DNA from: Promethearchaeota archaeon
GTDB taxonomy: Archaea; Asgardarchaeota; Lokiarchaeia; Sigyniarchaeales; SOKP01
Assembly: GCA_030606485.1 (NCBI GenBank)
Contig: JAUWGH010000006.1
Span: forward strand, 1-32,000
Direction of reading: 5' to 3'
DNA: 32,000 nucleotides
Of this stretch, positions 9,210 through 18,026 are shown piece by piece. Both the position numbers and the translations under genes were made by a program. Numbering within the stretch: the stretch's first letter is position 1; each line of letters opens with the position of its first letter. The notes beneath the pieces were generated by a model, which saw only the letters and a program-made list of their open reading frames with translations, was not told where the DNA came from and made no database searches.

Positions 9210-10487
9210 ATGGTCAGAGATAAACCAATTCTTTTTGAAAGATTTCCAAACTTAAAGGATAGGATTCCATGGGTCGCTATAGGCAAATATCCGACTCCTG
9301 TTCAAAAGATGGAAAATTTAGGAAAGGAGCTTGGGCATAATAACCTATGGATTAAAAGGGATGATATAAGCACCGATTTCTATGGTGGAAATAAAATCAG
9401 AAAATTCGAATTTGTTTATGGGAAATTTTTAAAGTCTGGAAAAAAAATCGTTGCAACTGCTGGTGGCATAGGCACAAACCACGGATTAGCAGCTGTATTT
9501 GTTGGGAATAAATTTGGATTGAAAACACGATTATATTTATTTCCTCAACCTTTAACGTGGCATGTTCAGCGTTCATTATTATTATATCATCATCTTGGTG
9601 CAAAGATTATATTTGTAAAAGGTATTTATAGATTAGTACTTAAACTTCTAGGATTAAGATTATTTAAACGAAAATATTATTTAATGCTTTTTGGAGCCTC
9701 ACCTCTGTTGGGTATTGGTACTTCCCTCGGAACATTAGGTTTTGTAAATGCAGCTTTTGAATTAAAAAAACAAATAGATGCTGGAGAGATACCTGAGCCA
9801 GATCATATCTTTGTACCATGTGGTTCTACGGGGACTGCGGCAGGTTTAATTGCTGGATGTAAAATTACTGGATTAAAAACAAAAATTAGACCAGTTAGAG
9901 TAGCTGATGCAATCGTAATAAACACTAAAAATATTGCGAGAACTGCAAATAAGGTTATTAAACTTTTACGCAAATATGATAAGTCCGTTCCTGATATTAT
10001 AATAAATGAAAGTGATTTTGATTTAGAAATAGATTATTATGGCTCAAATTACGGTGTTAAAACTAAGCGTGGTCAGGCAGCTGTTGATAAAATTTATGAA
10101 TTAGAAGGAAAACAGAAAGATTTCAAAATTGAAACAACTTATACTGGAAAAACATTAGCAGCGATGATTGATTTTGCAAAACAACCCGAAAATAAAGAAA
10201 AAGTTCTATTATTTTGGAACACCTATAACTCAGTCTCATTAGATGATCATTTGAAAAAGACAAATTTTAACTATACCCAACTTCCTAAAAAATTTCACAA
10301 ATTTTATGAAACATCTTTTCAATGCTGGAGAATAAAAAAGTGTTTAGAGCAAAAGAGGAAAAAATGTCCCTCTTATTTATGTGATGAATATCGATGTTGG
10401 AAAGTTAAAGTATGCTCTGAACAAGAGAGAAAGAATTGCATCGCGTATAACCAATTAAAAGATATTATAAAGCTTGAAGATGCATAA
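9210..10487 (+). CDS. PLP-dependent D-cysteine desulfhydrase / ACC deaminase family enzyme with a C-terminal Cys-rich extension
   Basis: LWIKRDD…GGNKIRK (PLP Lys), GGIGTNH, VPCGSTGTAAG, ETTYTGK and LFWNT; the last ~55 aa hold two CW-x4-C-x7-C-x2-Y repeats. Confidence 0.85.
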   Translation: MVRDKPILFERFPNLKDRIPWVAIGKYPTPVQKMENLGKELGHNNLWIKRDDISTDFYGGNKIRKFEFVYGKFLKSGKKIVATAGGIGTNHGLAAVFVGNKFGLKTRLYLFPQPLTWHVQRSLLLYHHLGAKIIFVKGIYRLVLKLLGLRLFKRKYYLMLFGASPLLGIGTSLGTLGFVNAAFELKKQIDAGEIPEPDHIFVPCGSTGTAAGLIAGCKITGLKTKIRPVRVADAIVINTKNIARTANKVIKLLRKYDKSVPDIIINESDFDLEIDYYGSNYGVKTKRGQAAVDKIYELEGKQKDFKIETTYTGKTLAAMIDFAKQPENKEKVLLFWNTYNSVSLDDHLKKTNFNYTQLPKKFHKFYETSFQCWRIKKCLEQKRKKCPSYLCDEYRCWKVKVCSEQERKNCIAYNQLKDIIKLEDA

Positions 10488-10578
10488 TTTTTCAGATTTC
10501 TATTTTATTTAAATTGAAAATATTATTATAAAATCTAAAAATAAAATTTATTTCATAGTAATAAATTAATGATATATT

Positions 10579-10878
10579 ATGGGTAAAAAAAAAACCGTAG
10601 AAAAAGAAGAAGAAATTGATGACATTCCAGATCAAGAGGAAATAAATTTAGAAGAATGGGACGATGATTTAGAAGAGGAAACCTATGAGGATCTAAGTAA
10701 AATTAAAGATGAGATGCTGGCAGATGAGACTGATAAAGAAAAATCGGGGCGTTCAGCAAGTGAAATTGAAAAAATGTTGAAGGCTACAATTTGTGTAAAT
10801 TGTTCGGGAAGTAGTTCAAAGAGAAATTGTAAGATTAGAACCGAATATGGTTGTCCACCGGATAAAGCTAACAAATAA
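10579..10878 (+). CDS. Small acidic protein with a C-terminal four-Cys motif
   Basis: D/E-rich N-terminal half followed by CVNC-x8-C-x7-C; ATG start and clean intergenic context. Confidence 0.7.
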   Translation: MGKKKTVEKEEEIDDIPDQEEINLEEWDDDLEEETYEDLSKIKDEMLADETDKEKSGRSASEIEKMLKATICVNCSGSSSKRNCKIRTEYGCPPDKANK

Positions 10879-10920
10879 AAATCTACAATGATAATTTAAA
10901 CCAACTTTTGAAAATTTTTA

Positions 10921-10953
10921 AAAAAAAGGATTCTTCGGAATTTATTTTTTTTT
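10921..10953 (+). terminator. Hairpin with a C(UUCG)G tetraloop followed by a U-tract; possible terminator
   Basis: aaaaaaagg-ATTC-TTCG-GAAT-ttattttttttt about 45 bp after the stop at 10878. The perfect stem is only 4 bp, extended by G-U and A-U pairs. Confidence 0.35.
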
Positions 10954-11007
10954 AGTTTTTATTGATGTTTTTTTTACAGTATTTAAGTTAAAATAATATA
11001 GGGAACC

Positions 11008-12006
11008 ATGCTTTCGAAAAATAGTAAAAGAATAATATTAATTACTGTGGATATTTTCTTTTCTGCTTTTATCTTTTATGTCAATGCATCTTGGAAAAAT
11101 CCTATTTATACATGTTTTATATTATCCCTTACAACTTTTCTAATTGTATTAATTCCATTTGAAGTTTATTGGAGTTTTCGTGATATATGGTTTGATAGAT
11201 GGAATAAGATTAACCTAAAAAATATACACGTGGAAAAAATAAGCATTTCTGTTGAAGGGGGATCTTTATCTGGTGCAATATATCAATTGAAAATTTCTAA
11301 TTCAACTCATTTATCTCAAAATAAACCCATAATCATAATATCCCCGGGATTTTCAGATCTAAAAGAAGATTTAGAATATTTTTTCCTTCCAATCGTAAAT
11401 TCTGGTTATCCAGTTCTTGCTTATGACGCTCGTGGTACTGGTGAATCTAAAAAAGTAGGAAAAAAAGCTGATATTAAGAATAGAATTAATGATTTTTTAC
11501 ATATTGTGAGATGGATTCAAAAAAATGATAAGTTAGGCAATAAAGAGATTTATACAGCCGGATTTAGTATAGGTGCGTTGACCATTTTATGTGGAGGTTT
11601 TCCTTTAGAAGAAATTAAAAAAATATTTGCAGTATCTGCAATTGCTGATTTTAGAGAAAATATTCCTCATTTTAATCCAATTGTGTGGCTTCGATATTTC
11701 TTTAAAGGAATACACCAATTTCCCAACGAAGAAACCAATTTAGCAATATCTCCTTATCATGTGATTAAAAACTTTAAAACTCAAAATTTTTCTGGTTCCG
11801 AGGCTAAATGGAAAGAATTCACCAAAAAAGTAATGTTAGTTCATGCAAAAAACGATAGAATCGTAAAATTTAAGAATTTTATAAAAAATAAAGCATTGTT
11901 GGAGTTATCAGAAAAAAATACTTTAGTTTTTAAAAAGGGAGGTCATTTGCTTAAAAAGAATGAATTGTCTATAGTTACTTATGCTTTGAATTTCTTTAAA
12001 AATTAA
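11008..12006 (+). CDS. Membrane-anchored alpha/beta-fold serine hydrolase
   Basis: Two N-terminal hydrophobic helices; SPGFSD oxyanion region, YDARGTGES, GFSIG nucleophile elbow, AKNDRIV (Asp) and GGHL (His). Confidence 0.85.
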   Translation: MLSKNSKRIILITVDIFFSAFIFYVNASWKNPIYTCFILSLTTFLIVLIPFEVYWSFRDIWFDRWNKINLKNIHVEKISISVEGGSLSGAIYQLKISNSTHLSQNKPIIIISPGFSDLKEDLEYFFLPIVNSGYPVLAYDARGTGESKKVGKKADIKNRINDFLHIVRWIQKNDKLGNKEIYTAGFSIGALTILCGGFPLEEIKKIFAVSAIADFRENIPHFNPIVWLRYFFKGIHQFPNEETNLAISPYHVIKNFKTQNFSGSEAKWKEFTKKVMLVHAKNDRIVKFKNFIKNKALLELSEKNTLVFKKGGHLLKKNELSIVTYALNFFKN

Positions 12007-13168
12007 AATTTACAACTGCTTTAATTGTTTCTCTTACTATCTCTATTGTTTTATTGATATTATCAATTTTTTTATTAAAATAGACTTGGTTGCTTTTGCA
12101 TTTCTCAATTTCTTCTAAAAGATTAAAAAATTGTTTATCACATTCTAATTCAAATGTGAATGTTTTAGGTCTTTGAGTAGAATGTCCCAAGCATACAAAA
12201 CATCCATGATCTTCTGGGTGAAGAAATGCTGGTTGTCTTATATCCCACATGAGATCTTTCAATTTACTTTGAACATTTCTTGCAATTGATCTGCAAAAAT
12301 CACCGCTCTTGTAATTATAAATATAAGCAAAGGGCAATTTGTCATTATTTTTCTCCCAAGCTTCTTTTAAATTCTCTCTTAATTGTTCCCCTTGGTTAAT
12401 GGTAATATTAAAATGATGATGATCTAAATCTGGATGGGGTTTCACAAATAATGGTTCTCTTTTAGGCAAAACTTCTCTTTTTACGAGATATTCAACAATC
12501 CACATTTTATAATAATGTTCTAATTTGTAGAAAGCATTTAAATTTTTAACCATATCCTCTGTAAATCTTCTTAATAATGAAGTTTCATGAAAATCGATTA
12601 AATATATCTCGAGATCCCTCTCCCAGTATTCCTGAATAAAATTTTTAAAGACTAAAGCATTTTCCGGAATAATATATGGGTTATTGTCCTCATCTTTCTC
12701 TATATAATTTGAAATAAAAGTCTTCCTCCAATATCTATTTAAATTGTCACCATTTTTCAAATAATAACCGGATTTATTATCAGGTCGAGGGTTTAAAAAA
12801 CCATAAGGGTTCATTAATGGAAAAAATATCATCATCGAAGACTCCGGCTCTTTAGGAAGAAATTCACTATTATTTGTCGAGATTAATCCATATAGATAGG
12901 ATATCTGTCCAAAAAGCCCGCAATACTCATTATGTTGGGATCCAACCATGATATATACTTTTTTTAATTGGTCTAAGCTTTTTGGCTTATTAATCGTTAA
13001 TACAGGTATTTTTCCATCTGAAATTTCTAGAAATACAAGTTCAATGAGATCATTTTTATTAAAATTGTCAAAGATTTCATAAATTTCTTTTAATAAATTG
13101 TTTCTATCTTCTGGATTTAAAATCTTTTTTAAGATATTTGCATCAATATAATAATCTAATTTATTCAA
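11996..13168 (-). CDS. M14-like (carboxypeptidase / AstE-AspA-type) zinc metallopeptidase or amidohydrolase
   Basis: GSQHNE, PLMNPYGF, NGDNLNRYW, IDFHET and late FTFELE match M14-clan motifs, although the first Zn motif is HxE rather than HxxE. The TTG start overlaps the upstream stop by 8 bp. Confidence 0.7.
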   Translation of the reverse strand: MNKLDYYIDANILKKILNPEDRNNLLKEIYEIFDNFNKNDLIELVFLEISDGKIPVLTINKPKSLDQLKKVYIMVGSQHNEYCGLFGQISYLYGLISTNNSEFLPKEPESSMMIFFPLMNPYGFLNPRPDNKSGYYLKNGDNLNRYWRKTFISNYIEKDEDNNPYIIPENALVFKNFIQEYWERDLEIYLIDFHETSLLRRFTEDMVKNLNAFYKLEHYYKMWIVEYLVKREVLPKREPLFVKPHPDLDHHHFNITINQGEQLRENLKEAWEKNNDKLPFAYIYNYKSGDFCRSIARNVQSKLKDLMWDIRQPAFLHPEDHGCFVCLGHSTQRPKTFTFELECDKQFFNLLEEIEKCKSNQVYFNKKIDNINKTIEIVRETIKAVVNFNF

Positions 13169-14552
13169 TTAACCTACTCCAATCTGAAAAATTAATAATT
13201 TTATAATAATTTTCGGTGATGCTTTTAAAAAGTACGCATCCAATACAAAACATATCAACAAAATCCTCATCAGAGAGGTTCAATATATCTCTTGTTCTTG
13301 GTGATATGGCTAATGCACGATCTGCCTCAATGTTTCCATTATAACCACTTAAATTAACCACAAACTCCTGTTTATTCAATGTTCCTCCATAAGAATTACG
13401 CGCAATTCTAACCAAACCACCAATTGGAATTATTTTTCCTTCTTTTTGACTCAAATATATTCTGATATCAAAAGTGTGATTTCCATTTCTCCAATTAATT
13501 AAGGAGAAATTTGCCATTTCCATAATTGTGTAGGGATATGGATCCCGATTTTTAAGAAATTTTCCGAAAAATTCATCTTTACTTTTTTTAATAATCTTTT
13601 TAAAATTAGAGGGATCTTCGTCAGAACTAATAGGAATAATACCTGCTCCACCAGATCCACCACTTGGCTTGATAATAAAATTTGTTTTGTAATTTTTAAC
13701 AACAAAATCCATTTTTTTCAATAAATCCTCTTCATTCATTCCTTTACTAAACATCAAATATTTTACTCGATATTTTTCTAACTTACTTTTAGCAAAATAT
13801 TCAGCCAAATAAGTTAAAGATTTATCATCTGTAATAAAAAAAATCGGATTGACAATAATTGTATTAATTTTTCGAAAATCTTCTCTCATTAATCGCTTAA
13901 AATCTTCATCTTCTATCCTACGAGCAATTCCATCTCCGATTAATAAATTTATTTTTTGATCTTTATACATAACCCAATTATCTCTAAATGAGATATTCAA
14001 GGCTATATTTCTATAATCTGTGATAAAAAATGCCACATCTTCAGTAAAAAATCCTTTAACATTTAATTCAGTATAAATATTGACGCTATATCCGATTTCT
14101 AATATTTTTTTTTTCAAATATTCTAATAGAAAAATCTTTTCATGAAGCAGCGCATCATTAATAGGCGTGCCAACTAAAATAAAGAGCTTATTATCTTCTC
14201 TTTTATTGTTTTTTAAGGAATTTTTTATGGCTTGTAAATATCCATCATATAACAATCCTTGTTGTTTAGATGTTATGATTGAAAGACCTCTTGATGAGCC
14301 TCCATTGGTCTCAAGTATGAAAAATCTTTTACGCCCATTATTTTCTTCTACCATAAAATCAATAGCCCCAGCATAAAACATTTCTTTCTCAATTAAATAA
14401 TTCTCCTTTGATTTCTCCAGTTTTTTTAATGCCCTTTCTCTGAGTTTATCAGCGTATTTATCATCCTGTGATTCTCTCAATGATTTAAATGATATTAAAT
14501 TTACACCAAAATATTTACCTAATTCAATTAAATCTGAATCATCTAAGTTCAA
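13161..14552 (-). CDS. Circularly permuted ATP-grasp amide/peptide ligase
   Basis: The metal-binding motif AIDFMV…FILETNGGSSRG is at the N-terminus. TDDKSL, IIKPSGGSGGAGI, FDIRIY, GGLVRIA and VVNLS follow in the order seen in circularly permuted type-2 ATP-grasps (DLRPF…GGLTRVA…VVNSS). Confidence 0.8.
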   Translation of the reverse strand: MNLDDSDLIELGKYFGVNLISFKSLRESQDDKYADKLRERALKKLEKSKENYLIEKEMFYAGAIDFMVEENNGRKRFFILETNGGSSRGLSIITSKQQGLLYDGYLQAIKNSLKNNKREDNKLFILVGTPINDALLHEKIFLLEYLKKKILEIGYSVNIYTELNVKGFFTEDVAFFITDYRNIALNISFRDNWVMYKDQKINLLIGDGIARRIEDEDFKRLMREDFRKINTIIVNPIFFITDDKSLTYLAEYFAKSKLEKYRVKYLMFSKGMNEEDLLKKMDFVVKNYKTNFIIKPSGGSGGAGIIPISSDEDPSNFKKIIKKSKDEFFGKFLKNRDPYPYTIMEMANFSLINWRNGNHTFDIRIYLSQKEGKIIPIGGLVRIARNSYGGTLNKQEFVVNLSGYNGNIEADRALAISPRTRDILNLSDEDFVDMFCIGCVLFKSITENYYKIINFSDWSRLIE

Positions 14553-14591
14553 TTGTTTTCCCCAAAATATTTCAAATATAAAAAAAAAATT

Positions 14592-15833
14592 TTACAGATA
14601 TAAATACCCCTGATAATTTCCCTTGACGGAGAGCCTAAGACTTCCTATTACGATCTTTTTAATTTTAATTTGCTCCTTATAATTAAAATCTGAATACAAA
14701 AGAAAATAGTGTTTCTCAGTATTTATGTTAAAAAGAAGCCCTATATTAATTAGTTCATTCTTTTCGGTTTTTAAAGCAATAATTACATAATGATAAGGTA
14801 ATTTTACCAATTCTTCTAAATATAATTGTTTTTCGATAATTTTCTCATTTTCCAAGTCATACTCCTCTTTAATCAGAATTATCTCATTAAAAGGAACAGT
14901 AATTTTGCGAAATTGTTCAAAAACCATGGCAAATTGCCTTTGTCTTAAAAACCGGCGATCTTCTTTAGTTCTTTCAAAATAATATTTATTTTCAGCATCT
15001 ATTAAAAAGATTTTAGGTTTTGAACTGAGTTTTTTTATATCTTTCTCAATTTCCTCTAACTCTTTTACTTCCTTGTTTTTAAATATGATAGCATAATCTG
15101 GTTGAATCATAGAAGTAAAATATTTTTTATAAAGTATACCAGTTTCTGTCTTGATCCAGCCATCTGTATCAATAAGAATAAATCGAATTTCTTTATTTTT
15201 CTTGCAAAATTCTTCAATTAATTCTTTAGAATAATGTGGTAAGATATATTTCAAGTCAGCTTTTGGAAACGTAGAACCAATAAATTTTGTGTCTTTAGAA
15301 AGAAAATCTTGAGTTGATAAAATATGTGAATCTATCATTCCAATATTAATCGTTGTGGGAATATACATCTGCTGTTGCCCTAAATCTGAATCTAAATATC
15401 CTCCCTTTAAACCCTCTGCTAATAATTTATTGGCTAAATATTTAATAATTGTCGTTTTCCCGCTGCTAAGACCTAATACCATTATTTTTACTGGTGTAGT
15501 ACTGGTCGATTTTTTAATATCTTCAATAATTTTATTAGAAATTTTAGCCCAACTTTCTGGAATCGAATTATCCTCCAATTCAATAACCTGGTCTTCATTC
15601 GCCACATAAATATCAATTTCAGAATCTTCCAAAAATAATAAAGGATACCTTATACCGGTTGTAATAATTATTACATTAGGATCTTTTTTATTCGGTTCTA
15701 AAAGATCTATTCTTTCTCTTTTGCCTTTAACCTTTATAACTTTTCCAAAAATCTCAACTTCTCCATTTAATAATGCGGCCTTAGAAGGTCCAGCTAATAA
15801 AATTGATTGCCCTTTTTTGTATTTTTTTATCAT
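14592..15833 (-). CDS. Clp1/Grc3/Nol9-family polynucleotide 5'-hydroxyl kinase
   Basis: N-terminal beta-sandwich-like segment (ILLAGPSKAALLNGEVEIFG), P-loop GLSSGKTT, DSDLGQ, IDTDGW and lid RRFLRQRQF. Confidence 0.85.
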   Translation of the reverse strand: MIKKYKKGQSILLAGPSKAALLNGEVEIFGKVIKVKGKRERIDLLEPNKKDPNVIIITTGIRYPLLFLEDSEIDIYVANEDQVIELEDNSIPESWAKISNKIIEDIKKSTSTTPVKIMVLGLSSGKTTIIKYLANKLLAEGLKGGYLDSDLGQQQMYIPTTINIGMIDSHILSTQDFLSKDTKFIGSTFPKADLKYILPHYSKELIEEFCKKNKEIRFILIDTDGWIKTETGILYKKYFTSMIQPDYAIIFKNKEVKELEEIEKDIKKLSSKPKIFLIDAENKYYFERTKEDRRFLRQRQFAMVFEQFRKITVPFNEIILIKEEYDLENEKIIEKQLYLEELVKLPYHYVIIALKTEKNELINIGLLFNINTEKHYFLLYSDFNYKEQIKIKKIVIGSLRLSVKGNYQGYLYL

Positions 15834-15912
15834 AACTTAATCCTCTTTCCCCTTTAAAGCAATATTATTGAATTGCTTTAAAATACTAATTTAGAAGATA
15901 AAAATTTAAATA

Positions 15913-16356
15913 TCACATTTTAATTTCCAAAACTTTAAAAATTTCACTAAATCCAAATTTAGTAAATAAATTACTTGCGCCTTCATCTAACTCCGTTTTA
16001 ACAATGATTCTTACAGAATTAATATGGTTCCTTTTAAAGAAATCAATCGAATATCTTATTAATTCTTCCCCTAAACCTTCTCCTCTATAACTTGGATCAA
16101 CTATTAAGTTTGAAATATTTCCAAATAAAAATCCAAAATTTGTTTTTCTAATAGAAATCAAAGCCATCCCTGCGACCTTGTTTTTCATCTCGTTAATCGC
16201 AACTATCATTTCATTCTTAACATCTTTCTTAAATTCCGCTATTAATGAGTGCTTCCAACGTTCCTCGTCAAATTCTTGATTTGTTATTGAACATAATTGT
16301 TTCATTAAATTAGTGATTTCTTCTGTATCTTTCTCCGTAAATGCACGAATTTGCAT
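15913..16356 (-). CDS. GNAT-family N-acetyltransferase
   Basis: Acetyl-CoA-binding motif A NLIVDPSYRGEGLG and C-terminal ASNLFTKFGF; 147 aa. Confidence 0.85.
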   Translation of the reverse strand: MQIRAFTEKDTEEITNLMKQLCSITNQEFDEERWKHSLIAEFKKDVKNEMIVAINEMKNKVAGMALISIRKTNFGFLFGNISNLIVDPSYRGEGLGEELIRYSIDFFKRNHINSVRIIVKTELDEGASNLFTKFGFSEIFKVLEIKM

Positions 16357-16529
16357 GATACTATATTTTTTTCCTTCAAATTTTTTATAGATCTATATTG
16401 CGAAAATATTTCGCGAAATATATATTCTTAGAATTTTAAGAAAAAGATATATAGATAAACATTTTATATTTTTAACATAGATAAACTCAATAAAGAATGA
16501 AATATCTCCCTTTCGTTGAGAAAATAATT

Positions 16530-17720
16530 ATGAATAATGAAAAAAAAGAAAAAGATGATTCACTTTCAGATGCCCTATCCGCATTAGGTTGGATAGAAGA
16601 AGAGGAAGGCAAAGAAAGCAAGGAAGAAATGCCGTCTTCTTTGGAAGATCAAGTTAATTTCTTACTGAAAAAAAATAAGCAATTAGAAGAACAAAATTTA
16701 ATGCTAAAAAATTATATTGAACAGTTGGATTCAAGCTCCTCTAAAGCTGAAAAACCTGAAGTACCCGCCGATTTTGAGTCAAAAATTAATGAAAAAGATG
16801 GAATTATTTCTAAATTAACGGCAGAAAGAGATAACATTAAAAAAAAATTAAAAGAACAAAGAGAAAAAATCATTTCCTTGGATTTAAAAGTTGGGGAACA
16901 AAATGATATATTGATTGAAAAAGATAAACAAATCAATGAGTTTTCTATAGAATTTAGCCAATTAAATGAAAAGGAAAATCTAATCAAGCAACTTAAGGCA
17001 AAAATTAAGGAATTTGAATCAGGAGAACATGGTATTAGTGAATTTCAAGAAAAAATTAAACAACGAGATTCTCAAATTCAAGAACTTCATCAACAAATTC
17101 AATATCTTGAGAAAGATACTATCCAAAAGTCTAAGTATGACAAATTAAAAGTTATTATTGAAAAGAAAGATGAAATTATAACACAAAAAGAAAAAGCTCT
17201 TTTTGATAAAGAAAACTCTCTCAGTAAAGCAAAAGAAGAAATTAATGAATTAACAGGAAAAGTTAAAGAAACAGAAAAAATTCAAGAAAAAATAGCAGAA
17301 AAAAATGAAGAAATTAATTTTCTTAAAGGGGAAATAAATCATTTGAATCAACAACTTGAAAAATCCAAATCATTGCAAGATAAAATTAAAGAATTTGAAG
17401 AGCAACTTATTAAGCGAGAAACAGAAAATGTGGAAATCACTAAATCAAGCATGGTAAAAGAAGAAATTGTAAAAAGAGTTGAACAAAAACTCGAATTAGC
17501 TCAAAAGGAGAGTGTAAAAAAAGATATTGAAATTGAAAATTTGAAAATTAATTTCGAGAAAGAATTAGAAGCATTAAAGACTAAAGAGAATAGTTATCTG
17601 GATAACATTCAAATCCTTAAAATGGAAAATTCACGGATGGAAAAGGAATCTGGAAAACTAAAAGATGAAATAATTGATTTAAAAAAGAAAATCAAAGTTC
17701 TACGTAGAGGTAGTTCTTAA
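16530..17720 (+). CDS. Long coiled-coil protein (~396 aa), function unknown
   Basis: Near-continuous K/E/L/I-rich heptads and almost no Pro after residue ~90. The ATG at 16530 (MNNEKKEK) seems a more likely start than 16497, but either is possible. Confidence 0.75.
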   Translation: MNNEKKEKDDSLSDALSALGWIEEEEGKESKEEMPSSLEDQVNFLLKKNKQLEEQNLMLKNYIEQLDSSSSKAEKPEVPADFESKINEKDGIISKLTAERDNIKKKLKEQREKIISLDLKVGEQNDILIEKDKQINEFSIEFSQLNEKENLIKQLKAKIKEFESGEHGISEFQEKIKQRDSQIQELHQQIQYLEKDTIQKSKYDKLKVIIEKKDEIITQKEKALFDKENSLSKAKEEINELTGKVKETEKIQEKIAEKNEEINFLKGEINHLNQQLEKSKSLQDKIKEFEEQLIKRETENVEITKSSMVKEEIVKRVEQKLELAQKESVKKDIEIENLKINFEKELEALKTKENSYLDNIQILKMENSRMEKESGKLKDEIIDLKKKIKVLRRGSS

Positions 17721-17768
17721 AAAATTTTTGCTAAAAAAGAAAATGAATAAAAAATATTTGGAAATTTA

Positions 17769-18026
17769 CTACTTTTCGCGCCATTCACAGCCACACTTTC
17801 CACATTTGTATTTCTTACCCCAAATTCGAGGGTAATCGAGAACGATCACTCCCTTATCGACACTCTCGTGAATCATATGTTTAAGTACCTCACCACATTT
17901 AGGACATTTTCGACGTCCCTCTGGTTTTGGTACGGTTAATATATCTGAGAACTCTTCGCTTGGAGGAGGAGTTTCTGGTTCAGTTTCTTTTTCTGGTTCT
18001 TTATTTTCTTCAGACATTATATTCAT
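17769..18026 (-). CDS. Stand-alone Zn-ribbon protein, paralogous to the C-terminal domain of the adjacent gelsolin
   Basis: CPKC-x30-CGKC preceded by an acidic Pro-rich leader; 43 of the last 57 residues are identical to the gelsolin C-terminus (hand alignment). It may start at the Met at 18017. Confidence 0.8.
   Translation of the reverse strand: MNIMSEENKEPEKETEPETPPPSEEFSDILTVPKPEGRRKCPKCGEVLKHMIHESVDKGVIVLDYPRIWGKKYKCGKCGCEWREK

Noticed and set aside
13161-14552. Calling the ATP-grasp a true tubulin-tyrosine ligase (TTL/TTLL) or an RNA ligase partner of Clp1
   Set aside because: FDIRIY is TTL-like, but the permuted motif order and GGLxRxA/VVNxS match circularly permuted amide ligases. 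No KxDG nucleotidyltransferase motif was seen.
16530-17720. SMC/Rad50 or intermediate-filament assignment for the coiled-coil protein
   Set aside because: It has no Walker motifs, hinge or Zn hook, and no IF rod-end consensus.
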